Shown one piece after another: positions 38,192-52,130 of a DNA stretch of 60,099 bases. The position numbers and the translations under genes are program-made. The notes under the pieces were generated by a model. The model did not search any database. It was given only the letters and a program-made list of their open reading frames with translations, and was not told the DNA's origin. This DNA is from Octopus bimaculoides (taxonomy: Eukaryota): positions 52,447,489 through 52,507,587 of the forward strand of contig NC_068995.1 in NCBI RefSeq assembly GCF_001194135.2. The letters are read 5' to 3'. The first letter of the stretch is position 1. Each line of letters begins with the position of its first letter.

Positions 38192-40381
38192 TTATTGTCC
38201 TGTGTATGTATATGTTTGCAATAAGAATTTTGTGAGATAATCCTATCTATCTATCTATCGTGTGTGAGTGTGCATGGTTATATACGCATAAATAAATAAT
38301 GACTGGGGGCTATATACATGCTTATATACAGTAAGGTCGTACATAAATACATATTCATAATTTGTTTATTATAAGACTGTATGTGTGTATACATGTGTGT
38401 GTGTTTGCATAAAACATGACCAAAACTAGTAAAAAAAAAAAAAAAAATTGAAAACAAACTTGTTTCAAATTATCCGGTCTTAACGACCGGGGGCAATGAT
38501 ACTATTGGCGTCTCCACCTTAATTAACAGGTATGATAAACCAGAAGGAATTTTGTGTTGCCTTCACACCTGCGCCCAAAGGCGACTACGTAACTCATGCT
38601 ATGCCTTTGTTAGCACACACAGACACAGGGTCTCCGAGAGAAATTTTGCCAGACGGAACACGATTACGGTCTAACCCGTGGAGGTGGGTGTGGCCCCTCT
38701 GAAATTCATGTGTATATTATGGTTGTATTTTTGTTGGGAAATGTATTCTTTTAAACGTTATATATCATCGTCATCGTCATCATCATCACTACGATATTAA
38801 GGCGGCGAGCTGGCCTGACAAAATGCTTTCGTCTGTCGCTAAGTTCTGAGTTCAAATTCTTCCGAGGTCGACTTTGCCCTTCATCCTTTTCAGGGTCGAT
38901 AAAATAAGTATCAGTCGAACACNNNNNNNNNNNNNNNNNNNNNNNNNNNNNNNNNNNNNNNNNNNNNNNNNNNNNNNNNNNNNNNNNNNNNNNNNNNNNN
39001 NNNNNNNNNNNNNNNNNNNNNNNNNNNNNNNNNNNNNNNNNNNNNNNNNNNNNNNNNNNNNNNNNNNNNNNNNNNNNNNNNNNNNNNNNNNNNNNNNNNN
39101 NNNNNNNNNNNNNNNNNNNNNNNNNNNNNNNNNNNNNNNNNNNNNNNNNNNNNNNNNNNNNNNNNNNNNNNNNNNNNNNNNNNNNNNNNNNNNNNNNNNN
39201 NNNNNNNNNNNNNNNNNNNNNNNNNNNNNNNNNNNNNNNNNNNNNNNNNNNNNNNNNNNNNNNNNNNNNNNNNNNNNNNNNNNNNNNNNNNNNNNNNNNN
39301 NNNNNNNNNNNNNNNNNNNNNNNNNNNNNNNNNNNNNNNNNNNNNNNNNNNNNNNNNNNNNNNNNNNNNNNNNNNNNNNNNNNNNNNNNNNNNNNNNNNN
39401 NNNNNNNNNNNNNNNNNNNNNNNNNNNNNNNNNNNNNNNNNNNNNNNNNNNNNNNNNNNNNNNNNNNNNNNNNNNNNNNNNNNNNNNNNNNNNNNNNNNN
39501 NNNNNNNNNNNNNNNNNNNNNNNNNNNNNNNNNNNNNNNNNNNNNNNNNNNNNNNNNNNNNNNNNNNNNNNNNNNNNNNNNNNNNNNNNNNNNNNNNNNN
39601 NNNNNNNNNNNNNNNNNNNNNNNNNNNNNNNNNNNNNNNNNNNNNNNNNNNNNNNNNNNNNNNNNNNNNNNNNNNNNNNNNNNNNNNNNNNNNNNNNNNN
39701 NNNNNNNNNNNNNNNNNNNNNNNNNNNNNNNNNNNNNNNNNNNNNNNNNNNNNNNNNNNNNNNNNNNNNNNNNNNNNNNNNNNNNNATGGCCACAGTCAA
39801 ATGACTGAAACAAGTAAAAGAGTAAAAAAGTAAAGAATAAAGCAATAATCATAGTGTGTACAATGAAAATAAATATGACAAATGAACAAATAAAAAGAAA
39901 TGGGGAAAGAGCTAGCATTTTGCGTTTTACTCTTTATCAAACAAAATTCAAAGAATCAAATGGAGGAGGAAAAGAAATAGAAATGATATAAATTTTTACA
40001 TCTCTTTACATTGCTGGCATGGTATGACAGTAGGAGTGGAAATGAAGACACAAATTGGTTGATAGTGAGATTAAGTTGAGAAAGAAATTGAGAGAACGAG
40101 AGCATGAGGGAGAAGATCAGAAGTAAAGGCATAGGAGGGAGTCGAGAAGAGGGAGAAAGAGCAAGAAGAGAAAGGGGATAGAGGGGGTTGGGAAAGTATA
40201 TTATTTTCAATATGTGTGTATATAATATACTTAACTGTGTAATTTAGCCATCTAAATAGGTGTTAAATTGCAATTGATATGTGTGCATGAACATAAGGCC
40301 CTTGTAATCTTTGCATCAATTCATGTAGCAGTCATTCTTGTGTAATTTGATATGTCCATCTAAGAGTACATATAGACATAA

Positions 40382-40548
40382 CTCTGAGTGGTTGGCGTTA
40401 GGAAGGGCATCCAGCTGTAGAAACTCTGCCAAATTAGATTGGAGCCTGGTGTAGCCATCCGGTTGCACCAGTCCTCAGTCAAATCGTCCAACCCATGCTA
40501 GCATGGAAAGCGGACGTTAAACGATGATGATGATGATGATGATGATGA
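40382..40548 (+). mobile_element. Young SINE 3' portion ending in (GAT)n
   Basis: tggttggcgttaggaagggcatccagc...gcatggaaagcggacgttaaacgatgatg; near-identical inverted copy at 47711-47852. Confidence 0.85.
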
Positions 40549-40608
40549 TAACCTTCCATCGTTCAATACACCTGTATATCAAACTATAAATGTATGTATG
40601 TATTTATA

Positions 40609-40655
<47 letters not shown>

Positions 40656-40867
40656 GCATGTCTGTAGATGTATGTGTATGTGTGCATGCCTGTGTATGTT
40701 TGTGGAAATCTAGAATTTCAGTTCATGTTAAGGTTTCATTTTGTGTGTCTGATTGCACAACAGTGATCACGAGTAGGGAGAGAAAGGCGTCACATATCCT
40801 GATGGTGACAACTGCCATTCATATACTTTTCAGACGCCCTGCATATTTCATTAGGTGCACGTGCGTG

Positions 40868-40901
<34 letters not shown>

Positions 40902-41992
40902 CATATATATGATGGGGTACAACTGTGTGGTAAGAAGTTTGCTTCTCAACAACATGGTTCTGGGGTCAGTCCCACTGTTTGGCACCTTGGGCAAAAGTCT
41001 TCTATGGCTTTGGATTGACCTAACTTTCTGGCTGGATTTGGTTACGACAGTATCCAGTGCGAATACTCGGGTTATATCATTGTCACCAATTTGGGAGTGT
41101 CTGTGAAGGGTGGCATAGCTACTGTCAGGATAATTATTTGCCATATCAGTGCCGCCAGTATGGGAGTATTTATGAAGGACATGGGTACTGGTGAAGTGAA
41201 TGTCAAGCATATTGGTATCACCAATGTGGGAGTGTCTGTTAAGGGTGGCATAGCCACTGTGAGATTGAATATCAATGTCACCAGTGTTTGAGGGTATGTC
41301 AAGAGTAGGGTGGTTACTGTTACATTGTATGTCAACTGTTTCTGTCTTGTCTGAAGGGGGAGGGCTCGTGAAGGACATGGGCATTTCCCCTTCCCTTTAA
41401 AACCATATCAACATGTAATCTGTAATTATCTTGTATGTGTGTGCGTGTATACAAATACACACACACATACATACACACACACATACATACACACACATAT
41501 TCACAGACACGCATGCATGATACAAACACAAACACATGTGCACTCATACATATACATACAGAAGCATAACTCCTCCCCTCCCATCACATATAAACAAACT
41601 TTAGGTTATAGTATGTTGTCAACTTAATGTGACAGTCCCATAAAAAGGAAGAATGCTACTGTTATTTAGCCCTAGGAAACACCATTTCTTGTTGGACTTC
41701 ACACGTTTCCTGTGTCCTTATGTTTTCAAAGTAGAAACAAGCACCTCCACCCAGTAAAGCCAGCATCCAGAGACTAGTTTCAGAGTCATTGCTCATCATC
41801 AGTCCGGAGTAGCATGGCTTGCTAGCTGTCGATGCTTATTCGCTTTTGAAAACATATATTTCAAGTGAAATACATTCACTGTCAAATATGTCTGTGTGTC
41901 TTTTATGCCACCAAATTCAGTAGGTTTACTTATTACTAACATAATATGTGTGGTAGCTACATCTGTTCATAGGCTCAGGAACAGGAGGTGCA

Positions 41993-42196
41993 GTGGAGTG
42001 CAAGCGCACTCACTCAAACTTTGTTTGTGGGGTGCAAGCACACCCACTAAAAATTTTTTTGTGGGGTGCAAGCGCACTCACTAAAAATTTTTTTGTGGGG
42101 TGCAAGTGCACTCACTAAAACTTTTTTTTTGTGGAGTGCAAGCACACTAGCTAAAACTTTTTTTGTGGAGTGCAACTCACTAAAACTTTTTTGTGG
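41993..42196. repeat. Tandem repeat, about 6 units of ~34 bp (gtggggtgcaagcgcactcactaaaaattttttt)
   Basis: Units read directly, with variable poly-T length. Confidence 0.85.
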
Positions 42197-43206
42197 TGGT
42201 GGTGGGGGTACAGGCAATGAAAACCCTTTGAATATCCTAAAAAACTGGGTTTTCACCTAAGCAAGTTTCGTTCCCATGCTTATGCATCTGTTGCAGTCAC
42301 AACAGATACAACAACGTTTGTACTCCCTCCTACACCAGCTATTATACAGGTCTCACCTGTACCAACCGACCAACCAGCCAGCCAGCCGACCAGCGACTGA
42401 TAACTACACCTGTTATAGTTACATGAGACATTGGACTGTCATCTAACAAGGTTTTTGTTTTTTTATACATCAACTATTTCAAGAATGTTTTCAAAAAGCC
42501 AAAGTAAGAAGAAAAAAAAATAAAAGAAAAAGTTGTCACAACTTGTTACAACAGGTTCTATCGAACTAGACTTTTCTTTTCCACCTGTTGTTTTTCTTGT
42601 CATTGTTGTTGTAATTGTTTAGATAGTTGAGATGAGTCAGTTGGCGCCTCTCACTTGCAATGTCTTCGCTTCATGTTTCAAAAAGAAATTAAAAAAAAAA
42701 AGAGAAAGAAAACAAATTTAAACAAGAAAAACCTACTGAAACTAAATTCGGTGTTTAAAGTATTTAGACACAGTTTCAGGAATGGCTGAGTGGTTAAAGA
42801 CACTTGCTTTGCAATAATGTGAATCCAGGTTCAGTCCTACTGTTCAGCACCTTTTTAGCAAGTGTTTTTTTTTTCTGTAGCACCAGACTGGCTTCCATCT
42901 TGTGAGTGAATATGGTAGACAGAAATAGTATGGAAGCCCATCATATACCCANNNNNNNNNNNNNNNNNNNNNNNNNNNNNNNNNNNNNNNNNNNNNNNNN
43001 NNNNNNNNNNNNNNNNNNNNNNNNNNNNNNNNNNNNNNNNNNNNNNNNNNNNNNNNNNNNNNNNNNNNNNNNNNNNNNNNNNNNNNNNNNNNNNNNNNNN
43101 NNNNNNNNNNNNNNNNNNNNNNNNNNNNNNNNNNNNNNNNNNNNNNNNNNNNNNNNNNNNNNNNNNNNNNNNNNNNNNNNNNNNNNNNNNNNNNNNNNNN
43201 NNNNNN

Positions 43207-43237
<31 letters not shown>

Positions 43238-43826
43238 AATTATGTATATCTGTACATGTGTGTCTGTGTTTGTCGCCCCATCATCACTTGGCAACTGGTG
43301 TTGGTTTGTTTATGTCTCCATAACTTAACAGTTCAGCAAAGGTGAATGATAAAATAAGTGTTAGACAGGGGTCAATTTGTTCTACTGAAGTCAGTGTTCC
43401 AGCATGGCCACAATTAATGACTGAAACTTATAAAAGGTAAAAAAGGGTCATTTAACCCTAGGTCAGCTCTGATCAAGCCAGCTTATGATCTAAACTGTCT
43501 TAGCTGTGATTGTCTTGTTATTTTGTTTCTCCAGACATTGTGTATCTAAGACTACATCATAGCAATGTGCCTATCCTTTTTTTAAAAAACCGAGTGAGAT
43601 TTGGTTGCTATTTCGTGGATGGCGGATATAATTAGTCACCTAGTTTAACACCGCTACTGGGCACTCTAGGTGCTTTTAGTGGAGAAAAAGAGGAATTGAC
43701 TCCAGTACATGACTGGTACTTTATTGACATCCCCTTTAAAAGGATTTGAACTCAGAGTGCGGGAAACTGGAATAATTACCACAAGGCAATTGATCTGACC
43801 CTTTAACAACTCTATGAATTTGCTGT

Positions 43827-43863
<37 letters not shown>

Positions 43864-44577
43864 TGTGTGTGTGTATATATGTATATATATGTATTTGTGG
43901 GTGTGCACACATGTATGTGTCTGTGTGTGCATATATGTGTGTGTCTGTGTATATATGTGTGTGTTCATTTATATATATATATANNNNNNNNNNNNNNNNN
44001 NNNNNNNNNNNNNNNNNNNNNNNNNNNNNNNNNNNNNNNNNNNNNNNNNNNNNNNNNNNNNNNNNNNNNNNNNNNNNNNNNNNNNNNNNNNNNNNNNNNN
44101 NNNNNNNNNNNNNNNNNNNNNNNNNNNNNNNNNNNNNNNNNNNNNNNNNNNNNNNNNNNNNNNNNNNNNNNNNNNNNNNNNNNNNNNNNNNNNNNNNNNN
44201 NNNNNNNNNNNNNNNNNNNNNNNNNNNNNNNNNNNNNNNNNNNNNNNNNNNNNNNNNNNNNNNNNNNNNNNNNNNNNNTATATATATATATATATATATT
44301 TATTTATTTATATATACGTGTGTGTGTCTGTATGTGTGTTATTTGTTTTTATTTATTTATTTGTTTCGAAAAGTTATTTTTGAAAAGCTGTACGCATGAG
44401 TAAACACAGGTTATGTCTAAATCAGTGATACCTCCCACACTACTCTTCCTCTCCTATCAATCACCTTTACCATCACCTCCCTCAGAACCACCACCACCAC
44501 CACAGTAGTTATGATTCTACATTTACAACTTCAATCATGATTGCGACTGTGAGTGTCAATGATGACGCCACCATCAC

Positions 44578-44612
<35 letters not shown>

Positions 44613-44859
44613 GTATATATGTATATATATAGTAAAGACTATCCTAGCAAACCAGAAAGGTATCTTTTATATGGTTGCTTGGCATGCTAAAAATAACAGT
44701 GAAATTTCTCAAATACCTTCAGAAGAATGTGAAACATATTACATCATGTAGTTGCTGATATACAAACAAATGGGATGGTCATGACTGGAATCTCTTTGGT
44801 CATAAGGCCTGATTAGGTGCTAAACGACAACAACAACAGCAACAACCACTACACAACCT

Positions 44860-45058
44860 CTGTTGCCAAGATGGCGACAACGACGACGACCACCACCACC
44901 ATCAATCACAATCACCACTGACATAATCACCACCACCACCACAACTACCTCAACCATGACCACTACTACCACCACTACACTAAGCCTCGCCACCACCACC
45001 ACCAACAACAACACAACTACCACTACCATCATTGCCACCACCACCACCACCACCACCA
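44860..45058. repeat. (CAC/ACC/AAC)n low-complexity tract
   Basis: Read directly; ends at an N gap. Confidence 0.9.
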
Positions 45059-45518
45059 NNNNNNNNNNNNNNNNNNNNNNNNNNNNNNNNNNNNNNNNNN
45101 NNNNNNNNNNNNNNNNNNNNNNNNNNNNNNNNNNNNNNNNNNNNNNNNNNNNNNNNNNNNNNNNNNNNNNCACACACACACACACACACACTAATTTACC
45201 CTTCCTTGTTCATATGAATGTTCAACAACAAAGTATTTTGTCCCATTTAATTAATCAAGTCTAACAATCACAGATTCCATCTCTCCCTCTCTCTCTCTCC
45301 TTCTCTCTCTTGCTCTCATTTGAATATTTGTCTTTTCTTGTTCTTCCTCTTCTCTTTTCTCTATAGCTGTGGTTGCTAACCTTTTTTGCATCACAGACCT
45401 GCTTCAAGCAAAACAATTTTTCCACAGTGCAGCAAATCTCCCCCCCCCCACACAATAAAGTGCATAATATATAATCTTGATTATTACATATATAATACAT
45501 ATCCATTAGGGAAGGTGT

Positions 45519-45775
45519 GGAGGCGCGTGGCTTAGTGGTTAGGGTACCAGCATCATGATCGTAAGGTTGTGGTTTCAATTCCTGGACCGGGTGACACGTT
45601 GTGTTCTTGAGCAAAACACTTCATTTCACGTTGCTCCAGTCCACTCAGCCGGCAAAAATGAGTAACGCTGCGATGGACTGGTGTCCCGTCCAGCTGGGGA
45701 ACACATACGCCATTGAAACCGAGAAACTGGGCCCATGAGCCTGGCTAGGCTTTAAAAGGGTGCATTTATTTATTA
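45519..45775 (+). mobile_element. tRNA-derived SINE, near full length
   Basis: A box TGGCTTAGTGG at 45528, ggtttcaattcc B-box-like sequence, same central block as the 10584 copy. Confidence 0.8.
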
Positions 45776-47501
45776 GGGAAGGTACTTAGCCCAGTGGTTA
45801 GGGTGTTGCAGTCATAATTGCTAGACCATGGTTTCAATTCCAGGACTGGTTAGTGTGTTGGGTTCTTGAGCAAAATATTTCATTTCACATTGTAAGGTGG
45901 TTGGTGTTAGGAAGGGCATCCAGCCATAAAAACCCTGCCAAAACATACAGTGAAGCCTGGCAGTCTTCTAGCTTGCTAGCCCTTATCAAACTGTCCAGCC
46001 CATGCCAGCATGGAAAATGGACATTTCTACAGCTGGCTGTCCTTCCTAACGCCAACCACTCCGAGAGTGTAGTGGGTGCTTTTATGTGCCACCGGCACGA
46101 GGGCTAGTCTGGTGGCACTAGCAACGGCCACGCTCAAATGGTGTTTTTTACATGCCACCTGCACAGGAGCCAGTCCAGGGGCACTGGCAACGACCTCGCT
46201 CGAATGTTTTGTTTACATGCCACCAGCACAAGTGCCAGTAAGGCGGCGCTGATTTCTGCCTCCCAAATCTATGCACCAAGCAATGCTTGGTCTGGGACTA
46301 TTGAAGAAGGCACTTGCTCAAACTCCCATGCAGAGGAAATGAACCTGGAATCATGTAATGTAAATTTAGTGAAGTAGTTAGGACCAGGAACTAAAACTGG
46401 CTTGAAGGTTTAAGTCACTCAAAGGATGACTTTTGATTGTATGTCTTTTTTTACCAAGGTCAACCTTATCACGATTTATTTAGTGAAATTGTTTGTTTTT
46501 CTCACCTATCATATATCCGTTTTCCCACACTAACATGATGGTCTTTGCAATACTCTAACACTTCTCAGCATATTAAATTCACAATCAATTGTATTGATTC
46601 TTTATAGCCATTATGAGGGTGGGGATTGGCAGGAATGTTGTAGTGAAAGGAAAAAAAAAGCCTTGTCATACATATATATGTATTTATCTCCCTTTGTATC
46701 TAGATTTCAAACTCTGTGCTGAAGTGAACTCTATCATTTATCATTCTGGGGCTGAGGAAATATGATCTAACCATTGTTCTGGGCTTGTTTTTGAATTGAC
46801 TGCATATTTTCTCACCTAAAACGATTTTACTCTTTGTCAAATACTCTATACTTTCCACCCAAATTGATTATACCCCTCACCCGTCATTTTGACTGTGGCC
46901 CAAATTGTCCATGCTCTCCTCCAAATTGCACACACACATATTTACACACACACACATGCTTATCACTCTGTCTGTCTGTCTAGATAGATAGATAGATAGA
47001 TCGACAAACATAGAGATGTATATGTATGGATATATATGTGTATGCATCTGTCTGGGTGTCTGTCTGTCTATGTGTGTGTGTACAAGGATGGCTGTGTGTT
47101 TAATAATCCTGCTTCCCAACTGTGTGGTTCAGTCCCACTGTGTAGTACCGTGAGCAAGTATCTTTTGCTATAACCCTGGGCCAACCAAAGCCCTGTGAGT
47201 GGATTTAGTAGACAGAAATTGAGCATTAGTCCATACAATTTGGGCTATTTATTTCCTCTTATTCCTTTCTGTTGAAGAGCGTAGGCTCGAAAATGTAAAG
47301 ATTTTCTCATTTTTCCCGAATGTCAAACTAATACACTTGCTTGTTGTTGTTACACCTGTCTTTGTCTTTTGTTTTTCTATAAATCCCCCACACACACACA
47401 CACACTGTTCGTGAAAAACATAAATCTGAAAGAAGCACACTCTAAGATGTAGAGCAGTATACATTATAAACGGGGATATCATGCTAGCTCCATGTATGAT
47501 A

Positions 47502-47540
<39 letters not shown>

Positions 47541-47689
47541 GCAGGGTGTTCAGAAAGTCTCTCCATAGTAAGTATTTCATTGCAAAATAAATATTTATAA
47601 GATGGTATAAGACTACAAAACAATATATTAGACATTACAAAAATTCACTGCTGAGGGTTGTTTTGAATACCCTGTATATATATCATCAT

Positions 47690-48080
47690 CATCATCATCA
47701 TCATCATTGTCGTTTAACGTCCGCTTTCCGTGCTAGCATGGGTTGGACGATTTGACTGAGGACTGGTGCAACCAGATGGCTACACCAGGCTCCAATCTAA
47801 TTTGGCAGAGTTTCTACAGCTGGATGCCCTTCCTAATGCCAACCACTCAGAGAGTGTAGTGGGTGCTTTTACGTGTCACCCGCACGAAAACAGCCACGCT
47901 CGAAATGGTGTCTTTTATGTGCCACCCGCACAAGAGCCAGTCCAGGGGCACTGGCAACGATCTCGCTCGAAAACCCTACAAGGCCAGTCAGGCGGTACTG
48001 GTAACGGTCACGCTCAGGTTGGTACATCTTATGTGCCACCCGCACAAGAGCCAGTCCAGGGGCCCTGGCAACAATCTCAC
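47690..48080 (-). mobile_element. Young SINE copy with adjoining ~70-bp tandem units
   Basis: Begins with (CAT)n; reverse complement of the 40382 copy; followed by repeated gtgccacccgcacaagagccagtccagggg units. Confidence 0.85.
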
Positions 48081-51000
48081 TTGGCTTGCCGGGTCTTCTC
48101 ACGCACAGCACATTTCGGCATCTGCATTAAGATATATCACCCAGCCTACACTCACATTCCCACCACCACCACGACCATCACCACCAAGAGTTAAAAACAA
48201 CAACAATGTAGTTGTAACAACATTGAACCACAATGATATCAATAAAAGCAAGGAGTCTATTCCGCCAATATTACACCACCCAGTTTTATATGTCTTAATC
48301 ACTACATTCGTCTGCACAAACAACACGATGACACATAACTTAATACGCATGACTTGTTCAGTTTTGTCCCTCCTGAAAGTAACAAATACACAGAAACAAC
48401 AACAATAAAAAAAAAAGTCCTGACCCACCTATCCACCCTTCCACCCAGCTAACTCATCCACTCGTGTATCCACCCATTACCTGTTGAAAAAGAAAAAAAA
48501 CAATTTGAGAAAGACAGAAATGTGCCGGTTGTGAAATTTTTGTAATTCTTTCCAAATCTATTTTTGCTTTTACACCTTATATTATATAATGCATTTATGG
48601 CATAAATTGTTTCTTGAATTATCAAGACTAAGGCGGGAAGCTGGCAGAATCGTCAGCACGCTGGCAGAATCGTCAGCACGCTGGCAGAATCGTCAGCACG
48701 CTGGGCAAAATTCTAAGCAGCATTTTCTCCGTCTTTATGTTCTTAGTTCAAATTGTCAGTATTTTACCGTTTCTATTTAAACATGTTGAAACTTCTATCT
48801 AAAATAAACAGCAGAATTGGCTGTGTGGTAAGTAGCTTGCTTACCAACCACATGGTCCTGGATTCAGTCCCATTGCGTGGCACCTTGGGCAAGTACCTTC
48901 TACTGTAGCCTCAAGCTGACCAAAGCCTTGTGAGTGGATTTAGTAGATGGAAACTGAAAGAAGCCTGCTGTATATATATATATATATATACAAGAAATGA
49001 GGGNNNNNNNNNNNNNNNNNNNNNNNNNNNNNNNNNNNNNNNNNNNNNNNNNNNNNNNNNNNNNNNNNNNNNNNNNNNNNNNNNNNNNNNNNNNNNNNNN
49101 NNNNNNNNNNNNNNNNNNNNNNNNNNNNNNNNNNNNNNNNNNNNNNNNNNNNNNNNNNNNNNNNNNNNNNNNNNNNNNNNNNNNNNNNNNNNNNNNNNNN
49201 NNNNNNNNNNNNNNNNNNNNNNNNNNNNNNNNNNNNNNNNNNNNNNNNNNNNNNNNNNNNNNNNNNNNNNNNNNNNNNNNNNNNNNNNNNNNNNNNNNNN
49301 NNNNNNNNNNNNNNNNNNNNNNNNNNNNNNNNNNNNNNNNNNNNNNNNNNNNNNNNNNNNNNNNNNNNNNNNNNNNNNNNNNNNNNNNNNNNNNNNNNNN
49401 NNNNNNNNNNNNNNNNNNNNNNNNNNNNNNNNNNNNNNNNNNNNNNNNNNNNNNNNNNNNNNNNNNNNNNNNNNNNNNNNNNNNNNNNNNNNNNNNNNNN
49501 NNNNNNTACACCGTCTGCAAGTAGTTGGGTTCAGCATATTATCCTCCATTTTCTAATTGTTACACAAATTTTGGGTAAAACCTCCACTTTTACCCGCTCC
49601 CATTGATTGCACCTAGTATAGCACTAGCGTAGCAATAATTGGGTACCCTCCCAGCAGTATACTGGATAGATACTATCCCTTAGTGGGTTGTACCCCCAAC
49701 CCCTAACTCTCTCACGTTATATATATATATATATATATATATATGCTATGGTTGGAGTTAGCTTGCCCATACCAACCTATATCTTCTCGAAACGGCCATA
49801 AGACTTTGTACTTATTCAGGATTCCTCACGAATCATCTTATACTAACTTTTTCATCTTTCCTCTTCATTGATTCTAATACAGACATTCAAACCTCGCAAG
49901 TACATCTATGTATTTATATATTTATAAATTTTTATATTGGGGTATTGTAGTTTGCTTGAAGCATTGTGTATTGTTTGTGAAATATAACGTGTCTTGAATG
50001 GCACAACAATGCAGAGTGGACTATAATAACTGTTATAATTTAATTATTCATAGTCTGATATAATATTTCAGAATATAAAAATTCCTTCTTCAGATATCCC
50101 TAGGAATTGATCGAGTCACTGTTTATAAATTCTTTATATAATTATGAATTTTTATACATTTATAAATTTTTGTATGTTTATATATATTTATAAATTCTTA
50201 TGAATTTTTATCCTGTCTCATATGTGTGAACGCATCTATGTATATTGTGGTGAATTTTGTGAATTTGAAATGGATTGAATGAACATATACTCTGACCTCT
50301 GAAATTTGCTCCTCTCCTTCTTAATTTTATATGTGTGTGTCTTTGTGTCTGTGTTTGTCCCTTCACCATCACTTGACCACCAATGTTGGTGTGTTTATGT
50401 CCCCATAATGTAGTGGTTCAGCAAAAGAAACTGATAGAATAAGTACTAGGCTTACAAAGAATAAGTCCTGGGGTCGATTTGTTTGACTAAAGGCAGTGCT
50501 CCAGCATGGCCGCAGTCAAATGACTGAAACAGGCAAAAGAATAAAAGACAAATATTGATACATTAAAAGAAGGTTTATATTTACTGATAAGCATTGGGTG
50601 ATCCCTGCTATACAGCTGGTACTTAATTTATTGACCTCTGAAAGGATAAAAGGCAAAGTCGACCTCGGCGGAATTTGAACTCAGAACATAAAGACAGACG
50701 AAATACCGCTAAGTATTTATTTCTTTATTGCCCACAAGGGGCTAAACATAGAGGGGACAAACAAGGACAGATAAAGAGATTAAGTCGATTACATCGACCC
50801 CAGTGCGTAACTAGTACTTATTTAATTGACCCTGAAAGGATGACAGGCAAAGTCAACCTTGGCAGAATTTGAACTCAGAACGTAGCAGCAGACGAACTAC
50901 TGCTAAGCATTTCGCCTGGTGTGCTAACCACTCTGCCAGCTCACTGCCTTAGGTATGGTATTTATTGAAATAACTCATAATTTTCTTTATATATATTAAC

Positions 51001-51415
51001 ACAAATGCGCACATGCACGTATAAATTCATAATACACATAGTCTCATTCGGTATTAAACCTGGAGAAGAATGCATGTTTGTCAGTATATTGTTGTATATG
51101 GATATGTAAGTAAGTGTTTGAATATGAGAATATGTGGGAAAATGAAGAACACGCATGCATGCATGCGTTCGGTCTATCCATACATGCATGCATGCATACA
51201 TTCATACATCCATACATCCATACATTCATATAAATAGTTATTCACATTCTTTATATTTATTCATGCATATAAATTAGAAAAGTATCCATGTCCTTAAGTA
51301 TTTTTTTTTGTATATATGTATTTGTTTAGTACACTTGTACACATTTGAAAAAAAAAGAAAAATATATATATACATGCACACACATACACACATACTCACG
51401 CTGTGTGTGTATGTG

Positions 51416-51457
<42 letters not shown>

Positions 51458-51583
51458 ATGTGGGTAAGTATAAAGTGATTCAGTAGGTCTGAGAAGGAAT
51501 GTCATTGAGAGAATATTTTTCTAATTATAGACGTCGAAAATAGAGCTGGTGATACAAGTTCTGTAATGTCTTTTAGTCTGTTA

Positions 51584-51614
<31 letters not shown>

Positions 51615-51819
51615 ACCCTTGGTCAACTTTGATCAAGCAGACATATGATCACAGCATTCAAGCTACAACAACACTGAAAGACAGCAAGAGTTCTAGAGAG
51701 AGAGAGAGGTGAGAATGCCTGGGAGGGAAGAAAGTTCAGAAAAATGGCAGGTGTTCTAGAGAGGGGAGAAAGTTCCAAGAATGCTGGGAATTCCAGAGAG
51801 AGGTGAGACAGTGGTAAGG

Positions 51820-52130
51820 ATGATGATTATGATGATGATGATGATGGTGGTGTTGGTGTTGATGGATAGTGGTGATGATGATGATGATGAAGATGGTAGT
51901 GGTGGTGGTTGATGGTGGTAATGATGATGATGATGGTGATGGTGGCGGTGGTGTTGGTGGATATTGGTGATGATGATGATGATGATGATGATGATGTTTG
52001 AAGTAGTTGGGGTAGTCGATGCTGTTGTTGGTAGTGATGGTGACTCTGTTGATCTGTGATTGTAGTGATGGAGGTGGAGGCTGTAGAAAATGATGATGGT
52101 GGTGGGGATGGGGGTGGGAACAGTAAACAT
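51820..52130. repeat. (GAT/GGT)n low-complexity tract
   Basis: Read directly. Confidence 0.9.

Noticed and set aside
41091-41291. + strand LGVSVKGG, twice, resembling a PDZ binding loop
   Set aside because: No remaining PDZ fold follows; it is part of the local repeat and ends in a stop.
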